NCBI GenBank assembly: GCA_043821645.1
Contig: JBDRCO010000087.1
Coordinates: 96,001 to 160,000 of the forward strand
From: Pseudomonadota bacterium
GTDB taxonomy: Bacteria; Myxococcota; JACRCW01; JAFGSX01
Length of the DNA stretch: 64,000 bases
Direction of reading: 5' to 3'
Position 1 is the first letter of the stretch. Every line of letters starts with the position of its first letter. Positions 28,771 to 38,010 of the stretch are shown here, in pieces. The position numbers and the translations under genes are program-made. Under the pieces are notes generated by a model. That model saw only the letters and a list, made by a program, of their open reading frames with translations, had not been told where the DNA came from and did no database searches.

Positions 28771-31278
28771 ATGGCGCTTTCCAGGTCGACCTGTGTCCTT
28801 CGTGCCCTGTTCTCGGTGATCGCGCTCACGTTCCTGCTCGGAGAACCCGCGATGGCCCGGCCCCCCCTGCGCGTGGCGCGCCACGATGAGGAGGCCTACC
28901 CCATGGGCGGGGTGGTGCAGCGCCTGCGAGGCAGCCTGCAGACACCGCGGGCGGTGAAGGCGGATCGTGGCAGTGCTCCCTTTCTCAAGGTCGTCAGCGG
29001 CGATGACAGCCTGGAGCAGTTGCCACTCAAGAGCACGCGTGCCGACGTCGACGTGGCGGGAGTCATCGCCCAGGTCAAGCTGACCCAGGTGTTTCGCAAC
29101 GAGGGCAGGCATACCATCGAGGCCGAATACGTGTTTCCGGCCTCGACCCGTGCCGCGGTCTACGCCATGAAGATGACCATCGGGTCGCGCGTCATCGAAG
29201 CGCAGATCCAGAAACGCGACGAGGCGCGAGAGACCTACGAGCAGGCCCTGCAGGAGGGTCGCACCGCCTCCTTGCTCGAGCAGCAACGGCCCAATGTATT
29301 CCAGATGAGCGTCGGCAATATCCTGGCCGGCGACGAGATCCAAGTCGAGCTGTTCTACACCGAGCTGCTGCAAGCCGAGGACCGCGTCTACGAGCTGGTC
29401 ATCCCGACGGTGGTGGGACCGCGCTACGTCAACGGCACGGAGCCGGACACGCGGGGCCCGAGGAGCTGGACCGCCAACCCACACCTTCAGGAGGGGGAGG
29501 CCGCGCCCTACACCTTCGGGGCCACCGTGGATCTGCGGGGTGCCATGCCCATTGCCCGCGTGCAGTGCAGTCATGATGTGGATGTCGTGTACTCGGGCAA
29601 GGAGTCCGCGAGCGTCGTCCTGCAACCCGACGCCGCCCATGGCAACCGAGACCTGATCCTGCGCTACACACTGGCTGGTGCGCAGGTGCAGAGCGGTCTC
29701 CTCCTGTACCCGGGGGACGACGAGAACTTCTTCACGCTGATGGTCGAGCCCCCCGCGCGAGTGTCGCCCGAGACCATCGTGCCCCGGGAGTACCTCTTCA
29801 TCCTCGACGTGTCGGGTTCCATGCAGGGCTTTCCGCTCGAGGTCAGCAAGGCTCTGATGCAGGAGCTGCTCGAGCAGCTGGGTCCGCAGGACTTCTTCAA
29901 CGTGCTGTTCTTTGCCGGTGACAGCGCACTGCTCAGTGAACGGAGTCTGCCGGTGAGCCGCAATAGCATCCGGCGTGCCCGCTCCCTGGTTGGCATGCAG
30001 CACGGTGGTGGTGGTACCGAGCTGGTGCCGGCCCTGGAACGGGCCCTGGCCCTGCCACGTGTGGCAGGCGCCGAACGCATCGTAGTGGTCGCCACGGACG
30101 GCTTTGTTGGCGTCGAGCGTCGCGCCTTCCAGCTCATCCGCGACAAGCTTGGCGAGGCCAACTTCTTTGCCTTTGGCATTGGCAGTTCGGTGAATCGCTT
30201 TCTCATCGAGGGCATGGCCCGCGCTGGCCAGGGAGAGCCCTTCGTCGCCACCACCGAGGCAGAGGCCAAGGCCCAGGCCAGGCGTCTAGGCGAGTACATT
30301 CGCGCGCCCTTGCTGCGCGACATCACCGTACGTTTCGAAGGTTTCGGTGCCTACGACGTGGCGCCGAGCCACTTCCCGACCTTGTTCGCGGATCGCCCGC
30401 TGGTGATCCATGGCAAGTACAAGGGGCCGGCATCGGGGCGCGTGCTGGTGCGTGGCTCAAACGCGAGCGGTGCGTTCGAGGCGAGCCTGGACGTGGCCGA
30501 CGCGGACCGCTCCGAGGAGAACGCAGCTTTGCGCCACCTGTGGGCGCGAAAAAAAGTTCAGCTGCTGGCAGACGACAGGCAACTCGAGCCCACGGACGAG
30601 GACGTGGCCGCGATCACGCAGCTCGGTCTGCGCTACAACCTGCTCACCGAATTCACCTCCTTCGTCGCCGTGGACACCGTGGTGCGTGGCGATGGCACGC
30701 GCGGGGTCACGGTGCGTCAGCCCCTTCCTCTGCCCGCAGGGGTGTCGAACAGCGCCGTGGGTGGTGCTGGCAAGAGCGGATCCAGCTATGGCTTCGGCGG
30801 GCTGGGCGTGCAAGGGACGGGACACGGTGGCGGTGGCTCTGCCATGGGCAGCATTGGCGTGGGCAGCGTCGGCACCCGCGGTCGCGGGGGTGGCTCGGTG
30901 GGCTATGGCTCGGGGGCCGGTGGACTGGGTGGCAGGGTGGCCAGGGTACCGCGTGTCATGGCTGGACAGGTGGTGGTTCAGGGCAGCCTGGACAAGGAAG
31001 TGATACGCCGCGTGATCCAGGACAAGCTGGCCCAGGTCAAGGCCTGCTACCAGCGCGAGCTGGCGAGAGAGCCAGAGCTTGCAGGCCGCGTGGTGCTGGA
31101 GTTCGTGGTCGGAGAGGACGGCAAGGTACAGAGCGCGCGCGTCGTCGAGACGACCCTGAACAGCGCTGCGGTCGAGATCTGCCTGACCAAAAAGGCCACG
31201 GCCTGGCGCTTCCCGGCTGTGAAGGGCGGTGGCACCGTGATCGTGCGTTACCCCTTCATGTTCAAGCCTCCAGCCTGA
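28771..31278 (+). CDS. VIT + vWA protein with Gly-rich linker and C-terminal TonB-C/AgmX-PglI-type domain
   Basis: Signal peptide; VIT (IEAEYVFP, LLEQQRPNVFQMSVGNI); MIDAS DVSGS, GGGT, TDG; GSLDKEVIRRVI...CYQREL...WRFP...VRYPF. Confidence 0.9.
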   Translation: MALSRSTCVLRALFSVIALTFLLGEPAMARPPLRVARHDEEAYPMGGVVQRLRGSLQTPRAVKADRGSAPFLKVVSGDDSLEQLPLKSTRADVDVAGVIAQVKLTQVFRNEGRHTIEAEYVFPASTRAAVYAMKMTIGSRVIEAQIQKRDEARETYEQALQEGRTASLLEQQRPNVFQMSVGNILAGDEIQVELFYTELLQAEDRVYELVIPTVVGPRYVNGTEPDTRGPRSWTANPHLQEGEAAPYTFGATVDLRGAMPIARVQCSHDVDVVYSGKESASVVLQPDAAHGNRDLILRYTLAGAQVQSGLLLYPGDDENFFTLMVEPPARVSPETIVPREYLFILDVSGSMQGFPLEVSKALMQELLEQLGPQDFFNVLFFAGDSALLSERSLPVSRNSIRRARSLVGMQHGGGGTELVPALERALALPRVAGAERIVVVATDGFVGVERRAFQLIRDKLGEANFFAFGIGSSVNRFLIEGMARAGQGEPFVATTEAEAKAQARRLGEYIRAPLLRDITVRFEGFGAYDVAPSHFPTLFADRPLVIHGKYKGPASGRVLVRGSNASGAFEASLDVADADRSEENAALRHLWARKKVQLLADDRQLEPTDEDVAAITQLGLRYNLLTEFTSFVAVDTVVRGDGTRGVTVRQPLPLPAGVSNSAVGGAGKSGSSYGFGGLGVQGTGHGGGGSAMGSIGVGSVGTRGRGGGSVGYGSGAGGLGGRVARVPRVMAGQVVVQGSLDKEVIRRVIQDKLAQVKACYQRELAREPELAGRVVLEFVVGEDGKVQSARVVETTLNSAAVEICLTKKATAWRFPAVKGGGTVIVRYPFMFKPPA

Positions 31279-31320
31279 GCTGTTGTCGCGATCGCGGCTC
31301 CCTGGCGCTATCCTGTGCCC

Positions 31321-31917
31321 ATGCGCGTGCTCCCATGCCTGCTGCTGCTGATCCTCCCCGGTGCCTGTGCCAGTGCACCCGAAGCCCAGCCTGACAAGCC
31401 CGTCGACACGGCGCGTCCTGCCGCCGCGGATCCCGCGCCTCTGTCCCCCGCCCTGGGAGGCCTGGTGGTGGCCATGGCCAGCCCTGGCATCCGCCTGTAC
31501 CTCGACGATCAGGAAATGCGCGACTTCGCGCCCACCGTTGACGGTGCGCTGCGCGTCGAGCTGCTTCAGGGCTCCTACGCCGTGCGAGCGCGGCGCGCGG
31601 ATCTGTGGTCACGGGCGCAGCGTGTGTGGATCTGTCCAGGCCTCGATACCCGCCTCGAAGTGGCACTCGACGCTGGCGGCAGCCGCATGCAGGTGACCCA
31701 ACCCACGGAGTGCGCGAACGATCCCGTTCCACCTGCTTCCTTGGGCGCTGCGGTCCGTCCCCGGTATGACGCACGCGATCCCTGCGTCGAGTTCTGTGGC
31801 TCCATGACCTTCCTGTGCATCCGTGATTGTGGAGGCGGTGCCCCAGATGCCGAACCCAGTGGTTGCATGGTGCGCTGCGCCCAGGAGATGGGGCGATGCG
31901 TCGACGCCTGTCGCTGA
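31321..31917 (+). CDS. Lipoprotein with PEGA-like domain and Cys-rich C-terminus
   Basis: Lipobox-like LPGAC; IRLYLDD/QGSY PEGA-like; CxxxC-repeated tail. Confidence 0.6.
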   Translation: MRVLPCLLLLILPGACASAPEAQPDKPVDTARPAAADPAPLSPALGGLVVAMASPGIRLYLDDQEMRDFAPTVDGALRVELLQGSYAVRARRADLWSRAQRVWICPGLDTRLEVALDAGGSRMQVTQPTECANDPVPPASLGAAVRPRYDARDPCVEFCGSMTFLCIRDCGGGAPDAEPSGCMVRCAQEMGRCVDACR

Positions 31918-32005
31918 GCTCGCCGACGGACGTGGACAGCACCCCGGTGCCCATCGCTACAATGTGAACGCCGCTCGCAAGGTGTCGCGGGCGAGAGGTC
32001 GAGTC

Positions 32006-33913
32006 GTGACCCACGCTCAAAAACCGCTCAGCCCGGCGCAGCTCCTCACCGTCGACACCCTGGCGCGGGCGCTGATTCCTGCGGGCGAGCGTATCCCTGC
32101 CGCGGACCAGATCTCCGTCGACGCCCTGTGGGAGTTCCTGGGCGCGATCTCCCCCCGCGCACCCGGGTTCTATGCCATTCTGGCCCGTTCGCTGGACCTG
32201 CTGGCCCTGGCGCAGACAGGGCACCGCTTGCACCGCCTGTCCGTGGAGCAGCGCGACAGCGTGCTGGACCGCTGGCAGCAGCTGCCGGCTCTGCGCTGGC
32301 TCCTGTTTGGCCTGGGCTTTCCGCTCAAGCTGGTGCACTTCGATCATCCGCGGGTCTACCAGCGCTACGACTGTCCCTATCATCGCGACGCCAAGGTGGA
32401 GCCCGCGCGCTGGCTGCAGCAGATCGTGCCTGCCGCGGACTGGCAGGACGGCGACATCGAGTGCGACGCCGTGGTCATCGGCAGTGGAGCGGGTGGCGCC
32501 GTCGTGGCACACGAACTCGCCGCCCGGGGGCACGCCGTGCTCATCGTCGAGCAGGGTGAGCACTACAGGCGCGATGCCTTTGACGGCAATGCCCGGCGCG
32601 CGGCGCAGCGCTTCTACCTCGGCCGGGGCGGGCTCGCCTCGGTCGGCAACACAGTCATCCCCATCACCGTGGGGCGCATGGTGGGTGGCTCCACCGCGCT
32701 CAACACCGCGACCTGTTTCCGGACGCCGGACTGGGTCCTCGACGAGTGGTGCGAGCGCCTGGGCTCGGACGCCCTGTCCCCGACGCGCATGGAGCCCTAC
32801 TTCGAGCGCATCGAGACCGCGCTGCGCATAGCCCCGAACGAGCCGAAGTACATCGGGCCCATCGGCGACATCGTGGCGCGGGGATGCGAGCGCCTGGGCT
32901 GGCATCACTTCGCGGTGCGTCGCAACGCCCCCGACTGCGATGGCCAGGGCGTGTGCGACTTCGGCTGTCCGACGGACGCGCGCCTGAGTACCAACGTCTC
33001 CTACGTGCCCTGGGCGCTGATGCGCAGTGCGCTGATGCTCACGGGCGCCCGCGCCGACCGGGTGTGGGTCGAGAACGGACGCGCTGTTGGGGTCGAGGTG
33101 ACGGCACCCGCCACCGGGCGCACGCTACGGGTGCGGGCGCGGGTCACGGTGCTTGCGGGCGGTGCGATTCCAACACCCATCTTGCTGCAGCGCCAGGGCC
33201 TGTGCACCAGGAGCGGCCAGGTCGGGCGCAACCTCTCCCTGCACCCGGCCTCGGCCCTGTCGGCGCTGTTTGACGAGGATGTGTACGGCTACAACCACAT
33301 ACCTCAGGGCTACGGCTGCGACGAGTTCCTGCGCCAGGGCATCCTGCTGCTGGGTGCCTCGGCCATGCTCGACCTGGGACCCGCGATGTTCAATCTCAGC
33401 GGGCGGCGCTTCTCGGCGCTGGTGGACCGCTACCACCAGATCGCGACCTTCGGCATCATGATCGAGGATCCCTCACGCAACGGCGTGGTGCGCCCCGGGC
33501 CCGGAGGTCGGCCCCTGATCACCTACAACCTGCAAGCCCAGGACGTGCAGCGGCTGCACCAGGGCATGACCCGGGTCATGCAGATCTTCGAGGCGGCGGG
33601 GGCGCGATCCTTCTATCCGACGCTGCCCCGACACCCCGCGTTCGAGGGTGACGATGCGATCGCGCGCTTTCGCGAGCTGCAGCTGCGCCCCAGCGACTTC
33701 ATCTGTGTCAGCTTTCACCCCATCGGCACCTGCCAGATGGGCCAGGACCCGAGGCGCAGCGTGGTAGATCTGCAGCACCAGGCCCACGACCTGCCCGGTC
33801 TGTACATCGTCGACGGGAGTGCCCTGCCCGGACCTCCCGGGGTGAACCCGCAGCTCACCATCCTGGCCGTGGCGGCTCGAGCCGCGGATGGCATCGCCAG
33901 GGAGCTGCAGTGA
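32006..33913 (+). CDS. GMC family oxidoreductase with N-terminal helical (gluconate-2-DH subunit 3-like) extension
   Basis: IGSGAGG, GRMVGGSTALN, VGRNLSLHP, FHPIGT, GVNPQLTI; GTG start inferred. Confidence 0.9.
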   Translation: MTHAQKPLSPAQLLTVDTLARALIPAGERIPAADQISVDALWEFLGAISPRAPGFYAILARSLDLLALAQTGHRLHRLSVEQRDSVLDRWQQLPALRWLLFGLGFPLKLVHFDHPRVYQRYDCPYHRDAKVEPARWLQQIVPAADWQDGDIECDAVVIGSGAGGAVVAHELAARGHAVLIVEQGEHYRRDAFDGNARRAAQRFYLGRGGLASVGNTVIPITVGRMVGGSTALNTATCFRTPDWVLDEWCERLGSDALSPTRMEPYFERIETALRIAPNEPKYIGPIGDIVARGCERLGWHHFAVRRNAPDCDGQGVCDFGCPTDARLSTNVSYVPWALMRSALMLTGARADRVWVENGRAVGVEVTAPATGRTLRVRARVTVLAGGAIPTPILLQRQGLCTRSGQVGRNLSLHPASALSALFDEDVYGYNHIPQGYGCDEFLRQGILLLGASAMLDLGPAMFNLSGRRFSALVDRYHQIATFGIMIEDPSRNGVVRPGPGGRPLITYNLQAQDVQRLHQGMTRVMQIFEAAGARSFYPTLPRHPAFEGDDAIARFRELQLRPSDFICVSFHPIGTCQMGQDPRRSVVDLQHQAHDLPGLYIVDGSALPGPPGVNPQLTILAVAARAADGIARELQ

Positions 33914-34001
33914 GGCGCCGGCCTTGTCTGGCACCACCATTTCGCTACGTTGTCAGCTGTCGGCGCCTGGGCCAGGCCAGCGACCACCACCGGAGGGCTT
34001 C

Positions 34002-36896
34002 GTGACGACGACCCATGGCTTCGAACTGCAGCGCGAGCAGCACATCCTGGAGCTCAACAGCACCGCGCGGATCTACCGCCACCTGAGGACCGGCGCACGC
34101 CTGCTCTCCGTCCTCAATGACGACGAGAACAAGGTCTTCGGGGTCAGCTTTCGTACACCCGCCCAGGACTCGACAGGTGTGGCACACATCCTCGAGCACT
34201 CGGTGCTGTGTGGCTCGGACCGCTACCCGACCAAGGAGCCCTTCGTCGAGCTGCTCAAGGGTTCGCTGCAGACCTTCCTCAATGCCATGACCTACCCCGA
34301 TAAAACCTGTTACCCGGTGGCCAGCGCCAACCTGCAAGACTTCTACAACCTGGTCGACGTGTACCTGGACGCCGTGTTTCACCCGAGACTGACGCCCATG
34401 ACGCTGATGCAGGAGGGCTGGCACCACGAGGTCGATGACGACGGCACGCTGTCCTACAAGGGCGTGGTCTTCAACGAGATGAAGGGTGTCTATTCCTCGC
34501 CCGACAGCTTGCTGGCGCAGCTGTCGCAGCAGGTCCTGTTTCCGGACACGACCTATGGCCTGGAGTCGGGTGGAGATCCCAGGCACATTCCCGAGCTGAG
34601 CTGGAAGGCGTTCTCCACCTTTCACCGCACGCTCTACCATCCTTCGAACAGCTACAGCTTCTACTACGGCGACGATCCCGAGGAGCGGCGCCTGCAGATC
34701 CTGGACGCGGTCTTTTCGGGCTTCGATGCGCTCTCCGTCGACACTGCGGTGCCCCTGCAGCGTCCCTTTGCCGAGCCTCGGCAGCTCACCGCGCCCTATG
34801 TGGCCAGCGACGACAGCGGCAAGGCCCTGTTCACGCTCGGGGCCGTGGTGGGCGAGACCGCAGATGCGCACCGCAACCTGGCCTGGCAGATCCTCGAGCA
34901 CGTGCTCATTGGCCTGCCCTCGTCACCGCTGCGCAAGGCCCTGACTGACAGCGGACTGGGTGAGGACCTGTGCGGCGCCGGCCTCGAAGGGGACCTGCGC
35001 CAGCTTTACTTCTCGGTGGGGCTCAGGGGTATCGCCGTCGAGGACGTGGACCGCGCAGAGGATCTGATCCACGACACCCTGCAGCAGCTGGTCACGCAGG
35101 GGATCCCGGCCGCGGACATCGAGGCCGCCCTCAACTCGATCGAGTTCCACTTGCGCGAGCAGAACACCGGGTCGTACCCGCGCGGTCTGTCCATGATGAT
35201 GGAGGCGCTGTGTAGCTGGCTCCACGACGGGGACCCACTGGCCCTGCTGCCCTTCGAAGACTCACTGGGCACCCTGAGGCAACGTCTGGCTTCGGGTGAG
35301 CGCGTGTTCGAGGACATGCTACAGCGCGATATTTTGGACAACCCGCATTGTGCCCGGGTCACCCTGGTGCCGGACCGCGAGCTGGGGGCGCGACAGGAAG
35401 CCGAGGAGCGTGCGCGTCTCGACGCCGCCCGAGCCCAGCTCGATGATGCGGCCCTGCAGCAGCTGCGCGCCGGTGCCGAGGCCTTGCAACAACGCCAGGA
35501 GGCGCCGGACCGGCCCGAGGACCTGGCCACGATCCCGCGCCTTGGCGTCGCGGACATGCCCCTTCGCAACGTGCCCATTCCGGTGGACACGCGATCCCAT
35601 GCTGGCGTTCCCGTGCTGTGCCATCCCCTGAATACCAGGGGTATCGTCTACCTCGATCTGGGATTCGACCTGCGCGCCCTGCCCGATGCCCTGCTGCCAC
35701 TGGGTGGTCTGCTGGGGCGTGCGCTCACCGAGATGGGGACGCACCGGACCGACTTCGTTGCCCTGATGCAGCGCATCGCCAGCCGCACCGGCGGCATCGA
35801 CCCTAGGCTGCTCATCTCGGCGAGGCACGACGACAGCTCTCCCCTGGCGCGCCTGCTGCTGCGCGGCAAGGCCACCATCGACCAGGTCGAGGAGCTGTGT
35901 GCTCTGATGGGCGAGATGATCCTCGAGCCCCGGCTCGATGACGCCGAGCGATTCTCGCAGATCGCCCTCGAGTCCAAGGCAAGGCGTGAGGAGTCCCTGA
36001 TTCCGTCGGGACACCAGGCCGCGGCCACGCGGTTGCGCGCGCGGCGCGGCGAGGCGGGGACCTATGCAGAGCGCATGCACGGCGTCGAGAGCGTGTTCTT
36101 CGTGCGGCAGTTGCTCGAGCGTTGCACCGAGAACGACGCGTCGGTGCAACGCGACCTCGAGATGGTGCACCAGCACGTGGTCAGGCGCGAGGGTGCCATC
36201 GCCAACCTCACCGCGGACGAGGCCAATCTGCCCCGTGCTCTGGCAGCGCTCGAGGGGCTCATCGATGCGCTGCCGTCGCGCGACCTGTCTGGGGTGACCC
36301 GCACCCTCCTCGACAGCCCCCTGCGCGAAGGCCTGGCTTTGCCCTCGCAGGTGCACTACGTCGGCTGCGGCGGTGATGCCTACGCCGCAGGCTACCGTTA
36401 CAGCGGTGCGGCCCACGTGGTCAGTCGCTACCTGAGCACGACCTACCTGTGGGACCGCGTGCGCGTGCAGGGAGGGGCTTACGGGGCCTTCTGCATGTTC
36501 GATCGCCTGAGTGGCCACCTGGGTTTCGTGTCCTACCGCGACCCCAACACCACGCGCACCGTCGAGGCCTTTCGAGGTGCTGCCGCCTACTTGCGCGACA
36601 ATCCGCCGGTCGAGGAGGAGATGCACAAGGCCATCGTGGGCGCCATCGGCGAAATCGATCGTTACATGCTGCCCGACCAGAAGGGATTCTCGTCGCTGGC
36701 GCGACACCTCACGGGTGAGGATGAGGACTTCCGGCAGCGGGTGCGCGAGCAGGTCCTGGGGACCACGGCCAAGGATTTTGTGGACTTCGCCGTCGCTGCC
36801 CAGGCCGTGGCGGATCAGGGCGACCTGTGCGTGGTGGGCGATGAGGCGTCCCTGAGCAACAGTGGCCTGGAGCTACAGATCACGAAGGTGCTGTGA
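34002..36896 (+). CDS. Insulinase family M16C peptidase (presequence protease-like)
   Basis: STGVAHILEHSVLCGS, FLNAMTYPDKT, GVVFNEMKG, VRVQGGAYG, SYRDP; GGAGG before GTG 34002. Confidence 0.95.
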   Translation: MTTTHGFELQREQHILELNSTARIYRHLRTGARLLSVLNDDENKVFGVSFRTPAQDSTGVAHILEHSVLCGSDRYPTKEPFVELLKGSLQTFLNAMTYPDKTCYPVASANLQDFYNLVDVYLDAVFHPRLTPMTLMQEGWHHEVDDDGTLSYKGVVFNEMKGVYSSPDSLLAQLSQQVLFPDTTYGLESGGDPRHIPELSWKAFSTFHRTLYHPSNSYSFYYGDDPEERRLQILDAVFSGFDALSVDTAVPLQRPFAEPRQLTAPYVASDDSGKALFTLGAVVGETADAHRNLAWQILEHVLIGLPSSPLRKALTDSGLGEDLCGAGLEGDLRQLYFSVGLRGIAVEDVDRAEDLIHDTLQQLVTQGIPAADIEAALNSIEFHLREQNTGSYPRGLSMMMEALCSWLHDGDPLALLPFEDSLGTLRQRLASGERVFEDMLQRDILDNPHCARVTLVPDRELGARQEAEERARLDAARAQLDDAALQQLRAGAEALQQRQEAPDRPEDLATIPRLGVADMPLRNVPIPVDTRSHAGVPVLCHPLNTRGIVYLDLGFDLRALPDALLPLGGLLGRALTEMGTHRTDFVALMQRIASRTGGIDPRLLISARHDDSSPLARLLLRGKATIDQVEELCALMGEMILEPRLDDAERFSQIALESKARREESLIPSGHQAAATRLRARRGEAGTYAERMHGVESVFFVRQLLERCTENDASVQRDLEMVHQHVVRREGAIANLTADEANLPRALAALEGLIDALPSRDLSGVTRTLLDSPLREGLALPSQVHYVGCGGDAYAAGYRYSGAAHVVSRYLSTTYLWDRVRVQGGAYGAFCMFDRLSGHLGFVSYRDPNTTRTVEAFRGAAAYLRDNPPVEEEMHKAIVGAIGEIDRYMLPDQKGFSSLARHLTGEDEDFRQRVREQVLGTTAKDFVDFAVAAQAVADQGDLCVVGDEASLSNSGLELQITKVL

Positions 36897-36931
36897 CCCT
36901 GGGCGACCGCTGACGACGGGCCCGCGCGCGA

Positions 36932-37969
36932 TCATACCGTGCGCAGACGGAGACATGCCTCCAGGTGTCCCGACAGCAGGCCGCGATCATTGCGCACCTC
37001 GGGTCGCGCGTGGCGTTGCAGGGACGGGGGCAGGTGTGCGGGGTCGAGCACGCCAAGCTGACAGAGAACCTCGACGCAGATGGCGCCGAGTGCGCGCATG
37101 TTGCCGTCGTGGACCTTGATCGCGATGGCCAGCTCGGGCTCGGCCAGGGCGATGAGTTCGATGGCCTCGGCGCCGATCTTGGCGACCAGCCGACCCGGGA
37201 GCGCGCAGGCCAGGTCGAGGTCCAACCGCCCCTGACCCGAGACCATCTCGGGGTGCGCCAGCATGGCGCCGCGGATCCTCGCCAGGTGGGTCTGCTCGAC
37301 GCTGCGATCAGCACGGGCCCGAGCCAGCTTGAGGTAGGCCCGGGCGAGCTGCACCAGGGGCAGTGCGTAGTTGGGGGCGGAGCAACCGTCGACCGCCGGT
37401 TCGAGGGAGCTGAGCTCGACCTCGCACAGATCCGACAGCGCCTGTCGCACCTGGCGCTGGGTGGGACTGTCCGGGTCCAGATAGCGCTCGCTGGCATCGC
37501 CGAGGTGGCGCGCCAGTGCCAAAAAGCCGGAGTGCTTGCCCGAACAGTTGTGGCGCAGGGGATCGCGTTCCTCGCCGCCGGTGGGGAACAGCTTCTGCTC
37601 CTGCATCCACAGTGGCCAGTGGCTGCCACATTGCAGATGGCCCGCACCGTGCTGGCTCGCGCGCAGATTGCGATCGACGACGGCGCGATGGGCATCGGTC
37701 CCGGTGTGCGAGCCCGCCATGATGGCAAGCTGCTCGGGGGCGAGGCAGAAGTGGTCGGCAGCACCCGATGCCAGCAGCGGGAACAGTTGCAAGGGCTTGA
37801 GAGACGAACGGCCCAGGGTGACCAGATCCGGATCGCCCGCCGCGCAGCGGATCGCGCCATCGCCCTCGACCACGACGATGCTGGCGCGGTGCCAGGCCTC
37901 GACCTGGTGGCCGCGATACACCCGGGCTGCCAGCACGCCGGAGTCGCCTGGCGTTCGAATTTCGGACAT
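36932..37969 (-). CDS. L-asparaginase, Rhizobium etli type (class 3, Asparaginase_II)
   Basis: RSSLKP, GSHTG, LQCG, HNCSGKH, VDGC, AKIGAE motifs. Confidence 0.9.
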   Translation of the reverse strand: MSEIRTPGDSGVLAARVYRGHQVEAWHRASIVVVEGDGAIRCAAGDPDLVTLGRSSLKPLQLFPLLASGAADHFCLAPEQLAIMAGSHTGTDAHRAVVDRNLRASQHGAGHLQCGSHWPLWMQEQKLFPTGGEERDPLRHNCSGKHSGFLALARHLGDASERYLDPDSPTQRQVRQALSDLCEVELSSLEPAVDGCSAPNYALPLVQLARAYLKLARARADRSVEQTHLARIRGAMLAHPEMVSGQGRLDLDLACALPGRLVAKIGAEAIELIALAEPELAIAIKVHDGNMRALGAICVEVLCQLGVLDPAHLPPSLQRHARPEVRNDRGLLSGHLEACLRLRTV

Positions 37970-38010
37970 TTCATCCACCCGCAAACTGGCGCGCTGCTAC
38001 CGCCCGCTCG

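Noticed and set aside
33929-33948. TGGCAC...TTTCGC as a sigma54 promoter
   Set aside because: GG-to-GC spacing is 12 nt rather than the required 10
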